A stretch of 64,000 nucleotides of DNA from Alphaproteobacteria bacterium (GTDB taxonomy: Bacteria > Pseudomonadota > Alphaproteobacteria > MPNO01 > UBA830), in the NCBI GenBank assembly GCA_965243135.1, contig OZ251539.1:4768001-4832000 (forward strand), in the 5' to 3' direction. This document shows positions 19,180-29,360 of the stretch, piece by piece. Both the position numbers and the translations under genes were made by a program. Numbering within the stretch: the stretch's first letter is position 1; every line of letters starts with the position of its first letter. The notes beneath the pieces are model-generated. The model was not told the DNA's origin, ran no database searches, and was given only the letters and a program-made list of their open reading frames with translations.

Positions 19180-20378
19180 AAGCCCGCTGGCTCGCCGTAG
19201 TCGGAATCGGCGAAGACGGAGAGCTGACGGCCCGCGCCCGCGCGCTGATCGACGGAGCGGAGGCGTTGGTGGGCGGCGAGCGGCATCTGGACATGATCCC
19301 GGACGACGGGCGACCGCGCCTGACATGGCCGCGCCCGCTCTCCGGCCTCGTCCCGCGCATCGCCGAACGCCGCGGCCGGCCGGTCTGCGTCCTTGCGACC
19401 GGAGATCCGATGTTCTTCGGCGTCGGCGTGACGCTCGCGCGGCATTTTCCGATCGAAGAAATGGAAATCGTCCCGTCGCCGTCGGCGTTCTCCCTGGCGG
19501 CGGCCCGCATGGGCTGGCCGCTCGCAGAGGTCGAGACGTTGACGCTGCACGGGAGGCCTTCGGCCCTGATCGTGCCCTTTATTTTTCCGGGCGCCCGGCT
19601 GCTGGTGCTGGCCGACGGCTCCGGCACTCCGGCCGAAGTCGCGCGGCTGCTGGTCGAACGGGGATACGGCGGCAGCGCGCTGATCGTTCTTGAGCACATG
19701 GGCGGCGATCGGGAGCGCGGGTTGACCGGCCGGGCGGACTCCTGGAGCCGCGACGACGTGGCGCCTTTCCACACGCTCGCGGTCGAATGCGTCGCCGGCC
19801 CCGGCGCCGTCGTCCTGCCGCGCATGGCCGGGCTGCCCGACGAGACGTTCGCCAGCGACGGCAACGTCACGAGGCGGGAGGTGCGCGCGGCGACCCTGGC
19901 CGCGCTGGCGCCGTTGCCGGGCCAGCGCCTTTGGGACGTCGGCGCGGGTTGCGGTTCGGTCGCCGTCGAGTGGATGCGCGCGCATGCCGGCAACCGGGCG
20001 ATCGCCGTCGAAAGGAAACCGGCCCGCGCCGCGCTGATCGGGCGCAACGCGACCGCGCTCGGCGCGCCCCGCCTCGAAATCGTCCAGGGCGAGGCGCCGG
20101 CGGCGCTGGCGGCGCTGGATCCGCCCGACGCGGTGTTCGTCGGCGGAGGCGCCGCCGTTCCCGGCCTGCTCGATCGATGCTGGGCCGCGCTGCCGATCGA
20201 CGGCCGCCTGGTCGCCAATGCGGTGACGCTGGAAGGCGAGACGGCGCTCGCGCGGTTTCGCGCGGAGCGCGGCGGCGCGTTGTGCAGGATCTCCGTGTCC
20301 CGCGCCGAGCCGGTCGGGTCCTTCACCGGCTGGCGGCCGGCCATGACCGTCACGCAATACGCCGCGGTCAAGACCTGA
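19176..20378 (+). CDS. cobL: Precorrin-6Y C5,15-methyltransferase (CbiE-CbiT fusion)
   Basis: VVGIGEDG, LATGDPMFFGVG, LWDVGAGCGSV, GRLVANAVTLE. Confidence 0.95.
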   Translation: MKARWLAVVGIGEDGELTARARALIDGAEALVGGERHLDMIPDDGRPRLTWPRPLSGLVPRIAERRGRPVCVLATGDPMFFGVGVTLARHFPIEEMEIVPSPSAFSLAAARMGWPLAEVETLTLHGRPSALIVPFIFPGARLLVLADGSGTPAEVARLLVERGYGGSALIVLEHMGGDRERGLTGRADSWSRDDVAPFHTLAVECVAGPGAVVLPRMAGLPDETFASDGNVTRREVRAATLAALAPLPGQRLWDVGAGCGSVAVEWMRAHAGNRAIAVERKPARAALIGRNATALGAPRLEIVQGEAPAALAALDPPDAVFVGGGAAVPGLLDRCWAALPIDGRLVANAVTLEGETALARFRAERGGALCRISVSRAEPVGSFTGWRPAMTVTQYAAVKT

Positions 20379-21091
20379 TGGCCCGCGCCCCCGGCACGTT
20401 GTTCGGCGTCGGGGTCGGACCCGGAGACCCTGAACTGGTGACCTTGAAGGCGCTCCGCATCCTTCGCGCCGTTCCCGTCGTCGCATGGCCGGCGCCCGAA
20501 AGCGGCCCGAGCCTGGCGCGCCGGATCGCCGCGCCGCATCTCCCCGGCGCGCAGCGCGAAATTCCGATCCGCATGCCGCTGACGCCGGAACGCTTTCCGT
20601 CCGGGGGCGTCTACGACAGGGCGGCCGGCGAAATCGCGGCGGCGCTCGACGCCGGAGAGGACGTCGCCGCGATCTGCGAAGGCGACCCGTTTCTCTACGG
20701 CTCCTTCATTTATCTGTTCGGTCGCCTGTCGGAAACCTACCGAACCGAGATCGTCCCCGGGGTTTCGTCGCTGACGGCGTGCGCGGCGGCGTTGGGGGCG
20801 CCGCTGGCGGCGCGCAACGACTCGTTGGCGGTGATCCCCGGACCGTTGCCGGAAACGGCGATGGCGGAGCGGCTCGCCGCGGCGGACGCGGCTGCGTTCG
20901 TGAAGGTGGGACGGCACGCCGGGAAGATCCGCGCCTTGCTGGAGAAGTCGGGGCTTGCCGGCTCGGCGCGCTACGTCGAACATGCGACGATGCCCGACCA
21001 GCGAATTCTTCCTCTTTCCGAAGCGAGCGCGAAAGGCGCGCCCTATTTTTCGATGATCCTGGTGCACCGCCGCGGCTCGGCATGGCTGTGA
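20378..21091 (+). CDS. cobI: Precorrin-2 C20-methyltransferase
   Basis: GVGVGPGDPELVTLKA, CEGDPFLYGSF, PYFSMILV. Confidence 0.95.
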   Translation: MARAPGTLFGVGVGPGDPELVTLKALRILRAVPVVAWPAPESGPSLARRIAAPHLPGAQREIPIRMPLTPERFPSGGVYDRAAGEIAAALDAGEDVAAICEGDPFLYGSFIYLFGRLSETYRTEIVPGVSSLTACAAALGAPLAARNDSLAVIPGPLPETAMAERLAAADAAAFVKVGRHAGKIRALLEKSGLAGSARYVEHATMPDQRILPLSEASAKGAPYFSMILVHRRGSAWL

Positions 21092-22887
21092 ACGAGGGAA
21101 CGGCCGGCCGGCCGGCCGTCGTCGCGCTCGGACGGGAAGGCGCGCGGACCGCCCGCAGGATCGCCCGGCTTCTGCCGGGAGCCGAGGTCCACGGGCTGGC
21201 GCGGCGGATTCCCGACGCGGACGTCGCGTTCGAGGACGCCGGCGCCCACCTGCGCGCGCTCTTCGCGGCGGGCCGGCCGGTCGTCGGCGTTTGCGCCGCG
21301 GGCATCCTGATCCGGGCGATCGCGCCTGCGCTTTCGGACAAGCGCGGCGAACCTCCCGTCGTCGCGGTGGCCGGCGACGGGTCCGCCGTCGCGCCGTTGC
21401 TCGGCGGCCATCGCGGCGCGAACGACCTCGCGCGGCGCATCGCCGGACTGTTCGGAGTCGCGCCCGCGGTCACGACCGCCGGCGACGCGCGTTTCGGGGC
21501 GGCGTTCGACGATCCGCCTCCCGGATGGACCCTGGCCAATCGCGGCGACGCGAAGGAGTTCGCGGCGGCGCTGCTGAACGGAGCGGCGGTGCGGTTTCCC
21601 GCCGGCGCGCCGTCCTTTCTCGAATGCGCGGCCGTTCCGCGGGACGACCGCGGATCGCTGCGGATCACGGCCACGGAACGCGCGGTTTCCGGCGGCCCCC
21701 GCCATCTGGTCTACCATCCCGCCTGCCTCGCCGTCGGCGTCGGCTGCGAAAGGGGCGCGGCGCCCGGCGAACTGACGGCGCTCGTCGGACGTGCGCTCGC
21801 GGAAGCTGGCCTCGCGGAAGCCGCGGTCGCCGGCGTGTTTTCCCTGGATCTGAAATCCGACGAGCCCGCGGTGCACGCGTCGGCGGCGGCGCTGGGCGTG
21901 GAGGCCCGGTTCTTCGACGCCGCGGCACTGGAAGCCGAGGCGCCGCGCCTCGCGTCCCCGTCCGAAGCGGTGTTCCGGGCGGTCGGTTGCCACGGCGTCG
22001 CGGAGGGCGCCGCTCTGGCCGCCTCCGGCGCCTCCGGCGAGTTGATCGTTCCCAAGCGCAAGTCCGGCCGGACGACGTGCGCCGTCGCGATGTCGCCGGA
22101 GCCGATCGATCCGTTCCGCGCCGGTCGGCCGCGCGGCCGGCTGCTGATCGCCGGCATCGGTCCGGGAGGCGACGGCTGGATGACCGCGGAATGCCGGGAG
22201 GCGGTGGCGGCCGCGACCGATCTCGTGGGATACGGCCGCTATCTCGATCTGCTCGGCGACCGGACGCGGGGGAAGGCGCTGCACGAATTCCGGCTGGGCG
22301 AGGAGGCGGCGCGCGCGCGGCTGGCCCTCGACCTCGCGGCGCGCGGCAGGACCGTCGCGCTGGTTTCGTCCGGCGATCCCGGGATCTACGCCATGGCGTC
22401 GCTCGTCTTCGAACTGATCGATACGGAGGAACGCGCCGAATGGCGGCAGCCGGAAATCGCGGTCTGTCCGGGCGTGTCCGCGCTCCAGGCCGCGGCCGCC
22501 CGCGCCGGAGCGCCGCTCGGAAACGATTTCTGCGCCGTGTCGCTATCCGACCTCCTGACGCCGTGGGCGGCGATCGAGCGCCGCGTGCGCGCCGCCGCCG
22601 CGGGAGACTTCGTGGTCGCCTTCTACAATCCCGTTTCCCGGCGCCGGGACTGGCAACTTGCGGAGGCCTGCAGAATCCTGCTCGAAGTTCGCCCGCCCGC
22701 GACGCCGGCCGTGGTCGCCCGCAATCTCGGCCGCCCGGAAGAAACCGTGCGGATCTCCACTCTGGGCGAACTCCGGGCGTCGGAAGTCGACATGCTGACG
22801 GTGATCATCGTCGGCTCCTCGGAAACCCGGGCGGCGGGGGACCGCTGGGTCTACACGCCGCGCGGCTACGCCGCGGCCGGCGGATGA
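21082..22887 (+). CDS. cobJ: CbiG-CobJ fusion (precorrin-3B C17-methyltransferase)
   Basis: N-terminal CbiG (GILIRAIAP...DK..EPPVV, GGHRGAN, GVGCERG, GVAEGAAL) plus C-terminal CobJ (GIGPG, SSGDPGIYAM, SLSDLLTPW, YTPRGY). Confidence 0.93.
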   Translation: MAVNEGTAGRPAVVALGREGARTARRIARLLPGAEVHGLARRIPDADVAFEDAGAHLRALFAAGRPVVGVCAAGILIRAIAPALSDKRGEPPVVAVAGDGSAVAPLLGGHRGANDLARRIAGLFGVAPAVTTAGDARFGAAFDDPPPGWTLANRGDAKEFAAALLNGAAVRFPAGAPSFLECAAVPRDDRGSLRITATERAVSGGPRHLVYHPACLAVGVGCERGAAPGELTALVGRALAEAGLAEAAVAGVFSLDLKSDEPAVHASAAALGVEARFFDAAALEAEAPRLASPSEAVFRAVGCHGVAEGAALAASGASGELIVPKRKSGRTTCAVAMSPEPIDPFRAGRPRGRLLIAGIGPGGDGWMTAECREAVAAATDLVGYGRYLDLLGDRTRGKALHEFRLGEEAARARLALDLAARGRTVALVSSGDPGIYAMASLVFELIDTEERAEWRQPEIAVCPGVSALQAAAARAGAPLGNDFCAVSLSDLLTPWAAIERRVRAAAAGDFVVAFYNPVSRRRDWQLAEACRILLEVRPPATPAVVARNLGRPEETVRISTLGELRASEVDMLTVIIVGSSETRAAGDRWVYTPRGYAAAGG

Positions 22888-23654
22888 CGGTCTGGTTCGT
22901 CGGCGCCGGGCCGGGCGCTCCCGACTTGCTGACCATTCGCGGACGCGAGGTCATCGCGCGATGTCCGGTTTGCCTCTACGCCGGATCGCTGGTGCCACCG
23001 GCGGTGATCGCGCACGCGCCGGCGGGTGCGAGGGTCGTGGACACCGCGCCGATGACGCTCGACGAGATCGTCGCGGAGATCGAGGCGGCCCACGCCGAAG
23101 GCCGGGACGTCGCGCGCGTGCATTCGGGCGACCCGTCGCTCTACGGCGCGATCGGCGAACAGATGCGCCGCCTCGACGCCCTGGGCATCGGATACGAGAT
23201 CGTTCCCGGCGTTCCCGCCTACGCGGCGGCGGCGGCCGTTCTGAAGCGGGAGCTGACGCTGCCGGGCGTCGCGCAGACGGTGATCCTGACGCGGACCGCG
23301 ATGAAGTCTTCGCCGATGCCGAACGACGAGGATCTCGAGACGCTCGGCATGTCGGGCGGAACCCTTGCGATCCATCTGTCGGTCCGCAATCTGAAGCGGA
23401 TCTGCGAGGATCTGACCCCGCGCTACGGGCCGGACTGTCCGGTCGCGGTCGTGCATCGCGCGAGCTGGCCCGACGAGCGCGTGGTCCGCGGCACGCTCGC
23501 CGACATTCGCGGCAAGGTGCGCGCCGCGAAAATCACCCGCACGGCCCTTGTGATCGTCGGCCGCGCGCTCGACGCTCCCGGCTTCCGGGATTCGGCGCTC
23601 TACGATCCCGGGCACGCGCATGTGTTGCGTCCCCGGCGAAAAGGAGCGCCGTAA
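22884..23654 (+). CDS. cobM: Precorrin-4 C11-methyltransferase
   Basis: FVGAGPGAPDLLTIRG, CLYAGSLV, RVHSGDPSLYGA, ASWPDE, SALYD. Confidence 0.96.
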   Translation: MTVWFVGAGPGAPDLLTIRGREVIARCPVCLYAGSLVPPAVIAHAPAGARVVDTAPMTLDEIVAEIEAAHAEGRDVARVHSGDPSLYGAIGEQMRRLDALGIGYEIVPGVPAYAAAAAVLKRELTLPGVAQTVILTRTAMKSSPMPNDEDLETLGMSGGTLAIHLSVRNLKRICEDLTPRYGPDCPVAVVHRASWPDERVVRGTLADIRGKVRAAKITRTALVIVGRALDAPGFRDSALYDPGHAHVLRPRRKGAP

Positions 23655-23897
23655 GGCACCGGAACGGCGAGGCCGGTCCGGTTCGACCGGCCACGGCCTA
23701 CTTCGCAAGCTCCGAACGTCGGAAGCGAATTCTCCGCACGCCGAAGGGCGAGCGGACCGGCGAGGTTACGCGGCTCCGTCGCCGGAGCGATTTTCGGTCA
23801 AGGCGGGAACGACTTGCTTGGCCGCAGGACCCGATATCGCATCTTCGCCTGCGCCTTGGTAGGAAAAGGCAACTTTTTTCGTTGCGCGAGGTTCGCC

Positions 23898-24185
23898 ATG
23901 CCCTTGGTCACCGTGAAACCGAAGTTCCAGGTCACCATCCCGGCCAGGCTGCATAGAGGGCTGCGCGAGGGCGATCTCCTGGAGGCCACCGTTGTCGGAG
24001 ACGGCATCCTCCTGCGTCCCAGGGAGGCGGTGGACCGAAACGCGGCCGCCGACCGAATTGCGTCCATTCTCGCGCGGGTCGATCCCTTGCTCGAAGATGC
24101 CGACCGTTCCGAGGACGAAATCATGGAAGACGTCATCGCCGACATCGCCCGAGCTCGCAGCGAGCGCCGCGCCCGCGAAACGTGA
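23898..24185 (+). CDS. AbrB/MazE/SpoVT-family antitoxin
   Basis: VTVKPKFQVTIPA...GLREGDLLE...DGILLRP swapped-hairpin motif; GAGG RBS. Confidence 0.88.
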   Translation: MPLVTVKPKFQVTIPARLHRGLREGDLLEATVVGDGILLRPREAVDRNAAADRIASILARVDPLLEDADRSEDEIMEDVIADIARARSERRARET

Positions 24186-24292
24186 GGATTGACTGCAACG
24201 TTCCCGTTTCGGCGGCGAGAGGAACCTGCGCCAAGGTCGTCCGCGACGTCGTGCTCTCCGAGCCCATTGTCGATGAGCACGAGGGGAACGAC
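24182..24292 (+). pseudogene. Truncated PIN-family toxin remnant
   Basis: GTG overlaps the antitoxin stop; MRIDCNVPVSAA..G.C..VV..VVLSEPIVDE resembles an eroded PIN N-terminus (DTNVLVSA) and stops at the cobM duplicate. Confidence 0.6.
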
Positions 24293-24529
24293 GCGCGCCG
24301 CGAAAATCACCCGCACGGCCCTTGCGATCGCCGGCCGCGCGCTCGACGCTTCCGGGATTCGGCGCTCTGCGATCCCGGGCGCGCGCTGCGTCCTCGGCGA
24401 ACGCAGGAAGGCTTTCGAACGGGAGCGGAGACCAGCCCCGCTCGACCTGTGAAGACCTCGCCGGAGAAGCGGCAAAAGGACGGAACGCCCTGCCGTCCCG
24501 GCGGCCGGCGACGAGCGGCCTGCGCCGCG

Positions 24530-25297
24530 CTACCAGGCCGTCCAGCCGCCGTCGATCACGATCGAAGCGCCGGTTATCAGCGCCGAGGCGGGGGACGCGA
24601 GGAAGACCACGGCTCCCATGATGTCGGCGAGCTCGCCGAGCCGTCCCATCGGTATGCGCGCGAGCGTGTCGGCCTTGAAGGCTTCGTTCTCGAAAAAGGG
24701 GCGGGTCATCGGCGTCAGAATGAAAGTCGGACCGATGGAGTTGACGCGGACGCCGGAGGGCGCGAGTTCGACCCCCATCGCCTTGGTCAGCCCCTCCACG
24801 GCATGCTTCGAGGCGCAGTAAACGGTGCGCGTCGGACCGCCTACATGCCCCATCTGGGACGACATGTGGATGATCGAGCCGCCCTCGCCCACCGCGATCA
24901 TCCTGCGCGCCGCGGTCTGGGAAACGAAGAACAACGCCTTGACGTTGAGATCCATAATGCGGTCGTAATTGTTCTCCGACACGTCGACCAGCGGCTGCGG
25001 AACGTTGGTGCCGGCGTTGTTGACGAGAATGTCGATCCTGTCGAGGCCGCCGATCCGTTCCTCGATCTGCGCGCGGTCGGTAACGTCGCAGACGAGCGGG
25101 CGCGCGGCGCCGCCTTCCGCCGCGATCTCGCCGGCCAGTTCCTGCAAATCGCTTTCGGTGCGGCTTACGAGCACCACCTCCGCGCCAGCCTGCGCGAGCG
25201 CCCGCGAGGCGGCGCGCCCGAGGCCGCGCCCGGCGCCCGTCACGACGGCCGTCTTTCCGTCCACCCTCATTTCCGGCGTGCGCAAGGCTTCCTGCAT
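24530..25297 (-). CDS. SDR family oxidoreductase
   Basis: TGAGRGLG, NNAG, YCASK catalytic motif, DGGWTA. Confidence 0.93.
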   Translation of the reverse strand: MQEALRTPEMRVDGKTAVVTGAGRGLGRAASRALAQAGAEVVLVSRTESDLQELAGEIAAEGGAARPLVCDVTDRAQIEERIGGLDRIDILVNNAGTNVPQPLVDVSENNYDRIMDLNVKALFFVSQTAARRMIAVGEGGSIIHMSSQMGHVGGPTRTVYCASKHAVEGLTKAMGVELAPSGVRVNSIGPTFILTPMTRPFFENEAFKADTLARIPMGRLGELADIMGAVVFLASPASALITGASIVIDGGWTAW

Positions 25298-25379
25298 TCC
25301 GTCCTCCCGCTTGACATCGCGACGCTCGTCCAACCTAATGTCCGTCGTACGGGACGACAAACAAGCAGGATGCGCCGCG

Positions 25380-26345
25380 ATGGTCCATAAGCATTCGGAC
25401 GGCAAGCTAGACATGAACATCCTTCGCGAAACGGCGGAGCGATGCAAGAACTGGGGCAAATGGGGACCCGACGACGAAGCGGGCACGCTCAACTACGTCC
25501 GTCCGGAAGACGTGATCGCCGCCGCCGGGCTGATCAGGAAGGGCAAGGTTTTCTCGCTCGGCCTCAACTTCGACAGAAACGGCCCGCAGGTCGGCCTGTG
25601 GGGCAGCCGGTTCAACCCGATTCACACGATGCTCGCGACCGGCACCGACGCGGTCGCCGGCAATCAGGACGAGGGCGGAATCCGCTACGCCGACGACATG
25701 GTTTCGTTGCCGCTGCAATGCGGCACCCAGTGGGACGCGCTCGGCCACATCTTCTACGACGACAAGATGTGGAACGGTTACGACGCCGCCCTGGTCGATT
25801 CGGACGGCGCCAAGAGGAACGGCATCGAGAAGGTGAAGGACCGCATGGTCGGCCGCGGAGTGCTGCTCGACATGGCCCGCCATCTCGGCGTCGAGGCGCT
25901 GCAGGAGGGCGACGCCGTATCGAGGACCGATCTCGACGCCTGCGCCGCCGCGCAGGGCGTCGAGGTCCGCAGGGGCGATTTCCTGCTGGTCCGCACCGGC
26001 ATGATGGAGGAGCGGCTGCGCGACGGATGGGGAGGCTACGCCGGCGGCGACGCGCCGGGGCTGTCCTTCGACACCGCCGAGTGGCTGCACGAGAAGGAGG
26101 TCGCCGCCATCTGCTGCGACACCTGGGGATGCGAGGTGCGGCCCAACGAAACGACCGAGGCGCAGCAGCCTTGGCATTGGGTGGTCATTCCGATGATCGG
26201 CATCACGATGGGCGAAATCTTCGTCATGGGAGAACTGGCCGAAGACTGCGTCGGCGACGGGGTCTGGGATTTCTTCTTCTGCGCGCCGCCGCTGCCGATC
26301 ACCGGCGGCGTGGGATCGCCCATCAATCCCATCGCGATCAAGTAG
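25380..26345 (+). CDS. Cyclase family (kynurenine formamidase-like) metallohydrolase
   Basis: [46 protein letters not shown]; start 25380 or 25413. Confidence 0.9.
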   Translation: MVHKHSDGKLDMNILRETAERCKNWGKWGPDDEAGTLNYVRPEDVIAAAGLIRKGKVFSLGLNFDRNGPQVGLWGSRFNPIHTMLATGTDAVAGNQDEGGIRYADDMVSLPLQCGTQWDALGHIFYDDKMWNGYDAALVDSDGAKRNGIEKVKDRMVGRGVLLDMARHLGVEALQEGDAVSRTDLDACAAAQGVEVRRGDFLLVRTGMMEERLRDGWGGYAGGDAPGLSFDTAEWLHEKEVAAICCDTWGCEVRPNETTEAQQPWHWVVIPMIGITMGEIFVMGELAEDCVGDGVWDFFFCAPPLPITGGVGSPINPIAIK

Positions 26346-26371
26346 AAGCCGGCGGAATTTCTGGAGGCGTC

Positions 26372-27679
26372 GTGGCCGAATATCTGAAGAAGCGGGTCGG
26401 GGAGGCCGAGACGAAGGAGGCCGATGCGCGAGTGCGGCGCACGGTCGAGGAAATCCTCGCCGACATCGAGAGCCGCGGCGACGCCGCGATCCGCGATCTG
26501 TCCCGCAAGTTCGACGACTGGTCGCCCGAGAGCTTCCGCCTCGACGAGGAGGAGATCGCCGGCCTCGTGGCGTCCGTTCCCGCGGAAACGATCGCCGACA
26601 TCGAATTCGCCCAGGCGCAGGTGCGCAATTTCGCGCGGATCCAGCGCGAGGCGATCAGGGACGTCGAGGTCGAGACCTTGCCCGGCGTCCGGCTCGGCCA
26701 TCGCAACATTCCGGTCAACTCCGTCGGCTGCTACGTGCCGGGCGGACGCTATCCGATGGTGGCGTCCGCGCACATGAGCGTGGTGACCGCGAAGGTCGCG
26801 GGCGTGAAGCGCATCGTCGCCTGCACGCCGCCGACCCAGGGCAAGCCGCATCCGGAGACCATCGCCGCCATGCATCTCGGCGGCGCCGACGAAATCCATC
26901 TTCTTGGCGGCGTCCAGGCGATCGGCGCGATGGCGCTGGGCGCGGGATCCATCGACGCCGTCGACATGCTGGTGGGGCCGGGCAACGCCTACGTCGCCGA
27001 GGCCAAGCGCCAGCTTTACGGCCGCGTGGGCATCGACCTGTTCGCGGGGCCTACGGAAATTCTCGTCGTCGCCGACGAGACGGCGGACGCGGAAATGGTC
27101 GCGACCGACCTCCTCGGGCAGGCCGAGCACGGTCCGACCTCGCCCGCGACCCTCGTCACGACGTCGCCGCGGCTGGCCGGCGAACTGACGGCCGAGATCG
27201 AGCGCCAGCTCGCGCGCCTGCCGACCGCCGATGTCGCCGGCGCGGCATGGCGGGATTTCGGCGAGATCATCCTCGTCGCCGACTTCGACGAGGCCGTCGC
27301 CGAAGCCGATCGCATCGCCGCCGAGCACGTGGAGGTGCTTACCGCCGAACCGCGCCGTTTTCTCGAAAGCATGACGAATTACGGCTCTCTTTTCCTGGGT
27401 CCCGAAACCAACGTTTCCTACGGCGACAAGGTGATCGGCACCAACCACACGCTGCCCACGAAGGGCGCGGCCCGTTACACGGGCGGTCTCTGGGTGGGCA
27501 AGTTCCTCAAGACGTGCACCTGGCAGGAGTGCACCGAGGAGGCGAGCGTCGTGATCGGCGACTACTGCTCGCGGTTGTGCGCGATCGAGAAGTTCTGGGG
27601 CCACAAGGAACAGGCCGATCTGCGGCTGCGCCGTTACGGCGGCCGCAATACCGGACTTGAAGCGGCCGGACAGGAGTGA
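26372..27679 (+). CDS. Histidinol dehydrogenase homolog (HpsN-related, probably catabolic)
   Basis: [51 protein letters not shown]; no his operon context. Confidence 0.88.
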   Translation: MAEYLKKRVGEAETKEADARVRRTVEEILADIESRGDAAIRDLSRKFDDWSPESFRLDEEEIAGLVASVPAETIADIEFAQAQVRNFARIQREAIRDVEVETLPGVRLGHRNIPVNSVGCYVPGGRYPMVASAHMSVVTAKVAGVKRIVACTPPTQGKPHPETIAAMHLGGADEIHLLGGVQAIGAMALGAGSIDAVDMLVGPGNAYVAEAKRQLYGRVGIDLFAGPTEILVVADETADAEMVATDLLGQAEHGPTSPATLVTTSPRLAGELTAEIERQLARLPTADVAGAAWRDFGEIILVADFDEAVAEADRIAAEHVEVLTAEPRRFLESMTNYGSLFLGPETNVSYGDKVIGTNHTLPTKGAARYTGGLWVGKFLKTCTWQECTEEASVVIGDYCSRLCAIEKFWGHKEQADLRLRRYGGRNTGLEAAGQE

Positions 27680-27683
27680 AGCG

Positions 27684-28193
27684 ATGACAGGCGAAATGAA
27701 CGAGCGAGTCGCGCGGTTCGAGGAGCTGCGGCCTTCGAAGCAGGCGTTCGTCGACACCCGCATCCCGGAGCATGCGCGCGACATCTACAACGTGATCGGC
27801 CGGGGGGTGACGGAAGATCCGGAACTCCGGCCCGCCATCGCCGCGGCGGAGGGATTCAACGTCACCTACGTGGGGGCCGAACCCGGCAAGGGCGCTGCGC
27901 TGCACGCGCATCCCACCGTGGAGGTGTTCATCCCGATGAGCGGCAGGTGGGCCGTCTTCTGGGGCGACGAAGGGGAAAACGAGGTCGAGCTCGACGCGTT
28001 CGACTGCATTTCCGTGCCCGTGGGAATCATGCGCGGTTTCCGCAACGTCGGCGACGGGCACGCCTATCTGATGGCCATTCTCGGCGGAACCGACGCGGGC
28101 CGGGTCGACTGGGCCGAGTCCGTATTGAAGAGGGCCAAGGAAACCGGTCTCGGTCTCGACGCCGAAGGAAACGTCGTCGCGGCGGCGGAATAA
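27684..28193 (+). CDS. Cupin domain protein
   Basis: GAALHAHPTVEVF and DCISVPVGIMRGFRN cupin motifs. Confidence 0.88.
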   Translation: MTGEMNERVARFEELRPSKQAFVDTRIPEHARDIYNVIGRGVTEDPELRPAIAAAEGFNVTYVGAEPGKGAALHAHPTVEVFIPMSGRWAVFWGDEGENEVELDAFDCISVPVGIMRGFRNVGDGHAYLMAILGGTDAGRVDWAESVLKRAKETGLGLDAEGNVVAAAE

Positions 28194-28346
28194 CGCGCGA
28201 CATCCGCCGACAATCTTGAGCGAACGCCCGCTGCCGCCGTCGCGGCGGAGCGGAACGTTCGCGCGTCGAGGGGAGCGGACGGGAAGCTTGCGGCCGGTCC
28301 GACAGGCCGGTCGCGTCGCTGCCGCTCTCTCCGCTTCCGCCGCAGG

Positions 28347-28943
28347 TCAGGCCGCAGCCCTGATCCCTTCGCTCTCGACGGCGTGCTCGAGCAGATCCCG
28401 CACGAACTCCGGCGCGCTCGTGTCCGCCTTTCCTTCCCACTCCCGGACAAGCAGGCGAAGAAGCCGGGACGCCGGAGCGGGGATCTCCGCCTTTTCGGCT
28501 TCCCAGCGGCGAACCTGCTGATCCGAATAACCGAGCAGATCCGCAAGGCCTTTCTGGGACAGTTCCATGCGTTTTCGCAAGAACCTTATCTCGGGCCCGC
28601 TCCAATAGCTTTTCCGGGCAACGATCCAGTTCGCGATCGCGGCGTCGAGCCCATCCAAGTCTCTGATCGAGATTCCGGGACCATAAGACGTTTCATGATG
28701 TTCCACGCCGTTTTCGAGCCACACGTTGTCGAGGCCGGATTCGGTATAGTGGTGCCAATTCTTGCGCTCTGCCTCTTCGGGGTTGGTCAACGGCTGTACG
28801 ATCCATTCGTTCATTGCGTGTCTCCCTGGGGATCGCCTCTGGAGGGGGTGGAATACTTCGAGAACCTGCGATGTTTCAGGTCGCACGAGGAACTTGCGAG
28901 GCTCTCTGCCGTATCCTCCTAGAGGTCGTTCGAACGAATTCAT
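28347..28943 (-). CDS. XRE/MqsA-like HTH antitoxin
   Basis: HYTESGLDNVWLENG and EIRFLRKRMELSQKGLADLLG...VRRWE; start at 28943 (coupled to the upstream gene) or 28814. Confidence 0.82.
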   Translation of the reverse strand: MNSFERPLGGYGREPRKFLVRPETSQVLEVFHPLQRRSPGRHAMNEWIVQPLTNPEEAERKNWHHYTESGLDNVWLENGVEHHETSYGPGISIRDLDGLDAAIANWIVARKSYWSGPEIRFLRKRMELSQKGLADLLGYSDQQVRRWEAEKAEIPAPASRLLRLLVREWEGKADTSAPEFVRDLLEHAVESEGIRAAA

Positions 28944-29266
28944 TTTTCTCCTTTCAGTTCCCACGCAGTGATGACTACAAGCTTTTTTTCCGCGGGCGCG
29001 GCAACCGCAACGCAGAGTCCGCGTCCTCCGAGCGTCGACGAGATATTCCCTCGCCATTCGCCCGGGTCGTGACCGCGGTCGGGTTCGTCCGCGCATCGTC
29101 CATGACGCAGCACTCGGATCGCCTCATCCAGCGTGATTGAGCGTTGGTTCAGCCTTTCGCGAGCGTGGTCCGTGAAAATCACGTTCTCGGTATCCACGGC
29201 CCGCCCGTGGACCGTTGGCTCGAACCATGCGGCCGAGTGCAAAACGCTGACATTGGAGTTGTTCAT
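28940..29266 (-). CDS. DUF4258-like putative toxin
   Basis: FTDHARERLNQRSIT...VLRHG...LVVITAW pattern; directly upstream of the HTH gene. Confidence 0.78.
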   Translation of the reverse strand: MNNSNVSVLHSAAWFEPTVHGRAVDTENVIFTDHARERLNQRSITLDEAIRVLRHGRCADEPDRGHDPGEWRGNISSTLGGRGLCVAVAAPAEKKLVVITAWELKGEK

Positions 29267-29360
29267 GCTCGACAACATATCAATTTGATAGCTTCCGCGC
29301 AAGAGCAATCTCCATAAATTTTTCGGCGGCGCTCGCTCGGGCGCACGCCGAAGAAGACGG

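Larger units (their letters stand above)
23519..24401 (+). repeat. Imperfect direct repeat of the cobM 3' end (23519-23640 and 24293-24401) flanking a TA module
   Basis: GCGCGCCGCGAAAATCACCCGCACGGCCCTTG...GATTCGGCGCTCT.CGATCCCGGGC occurs at both positions; the second copy has small deletions. Confidence 0.9.
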
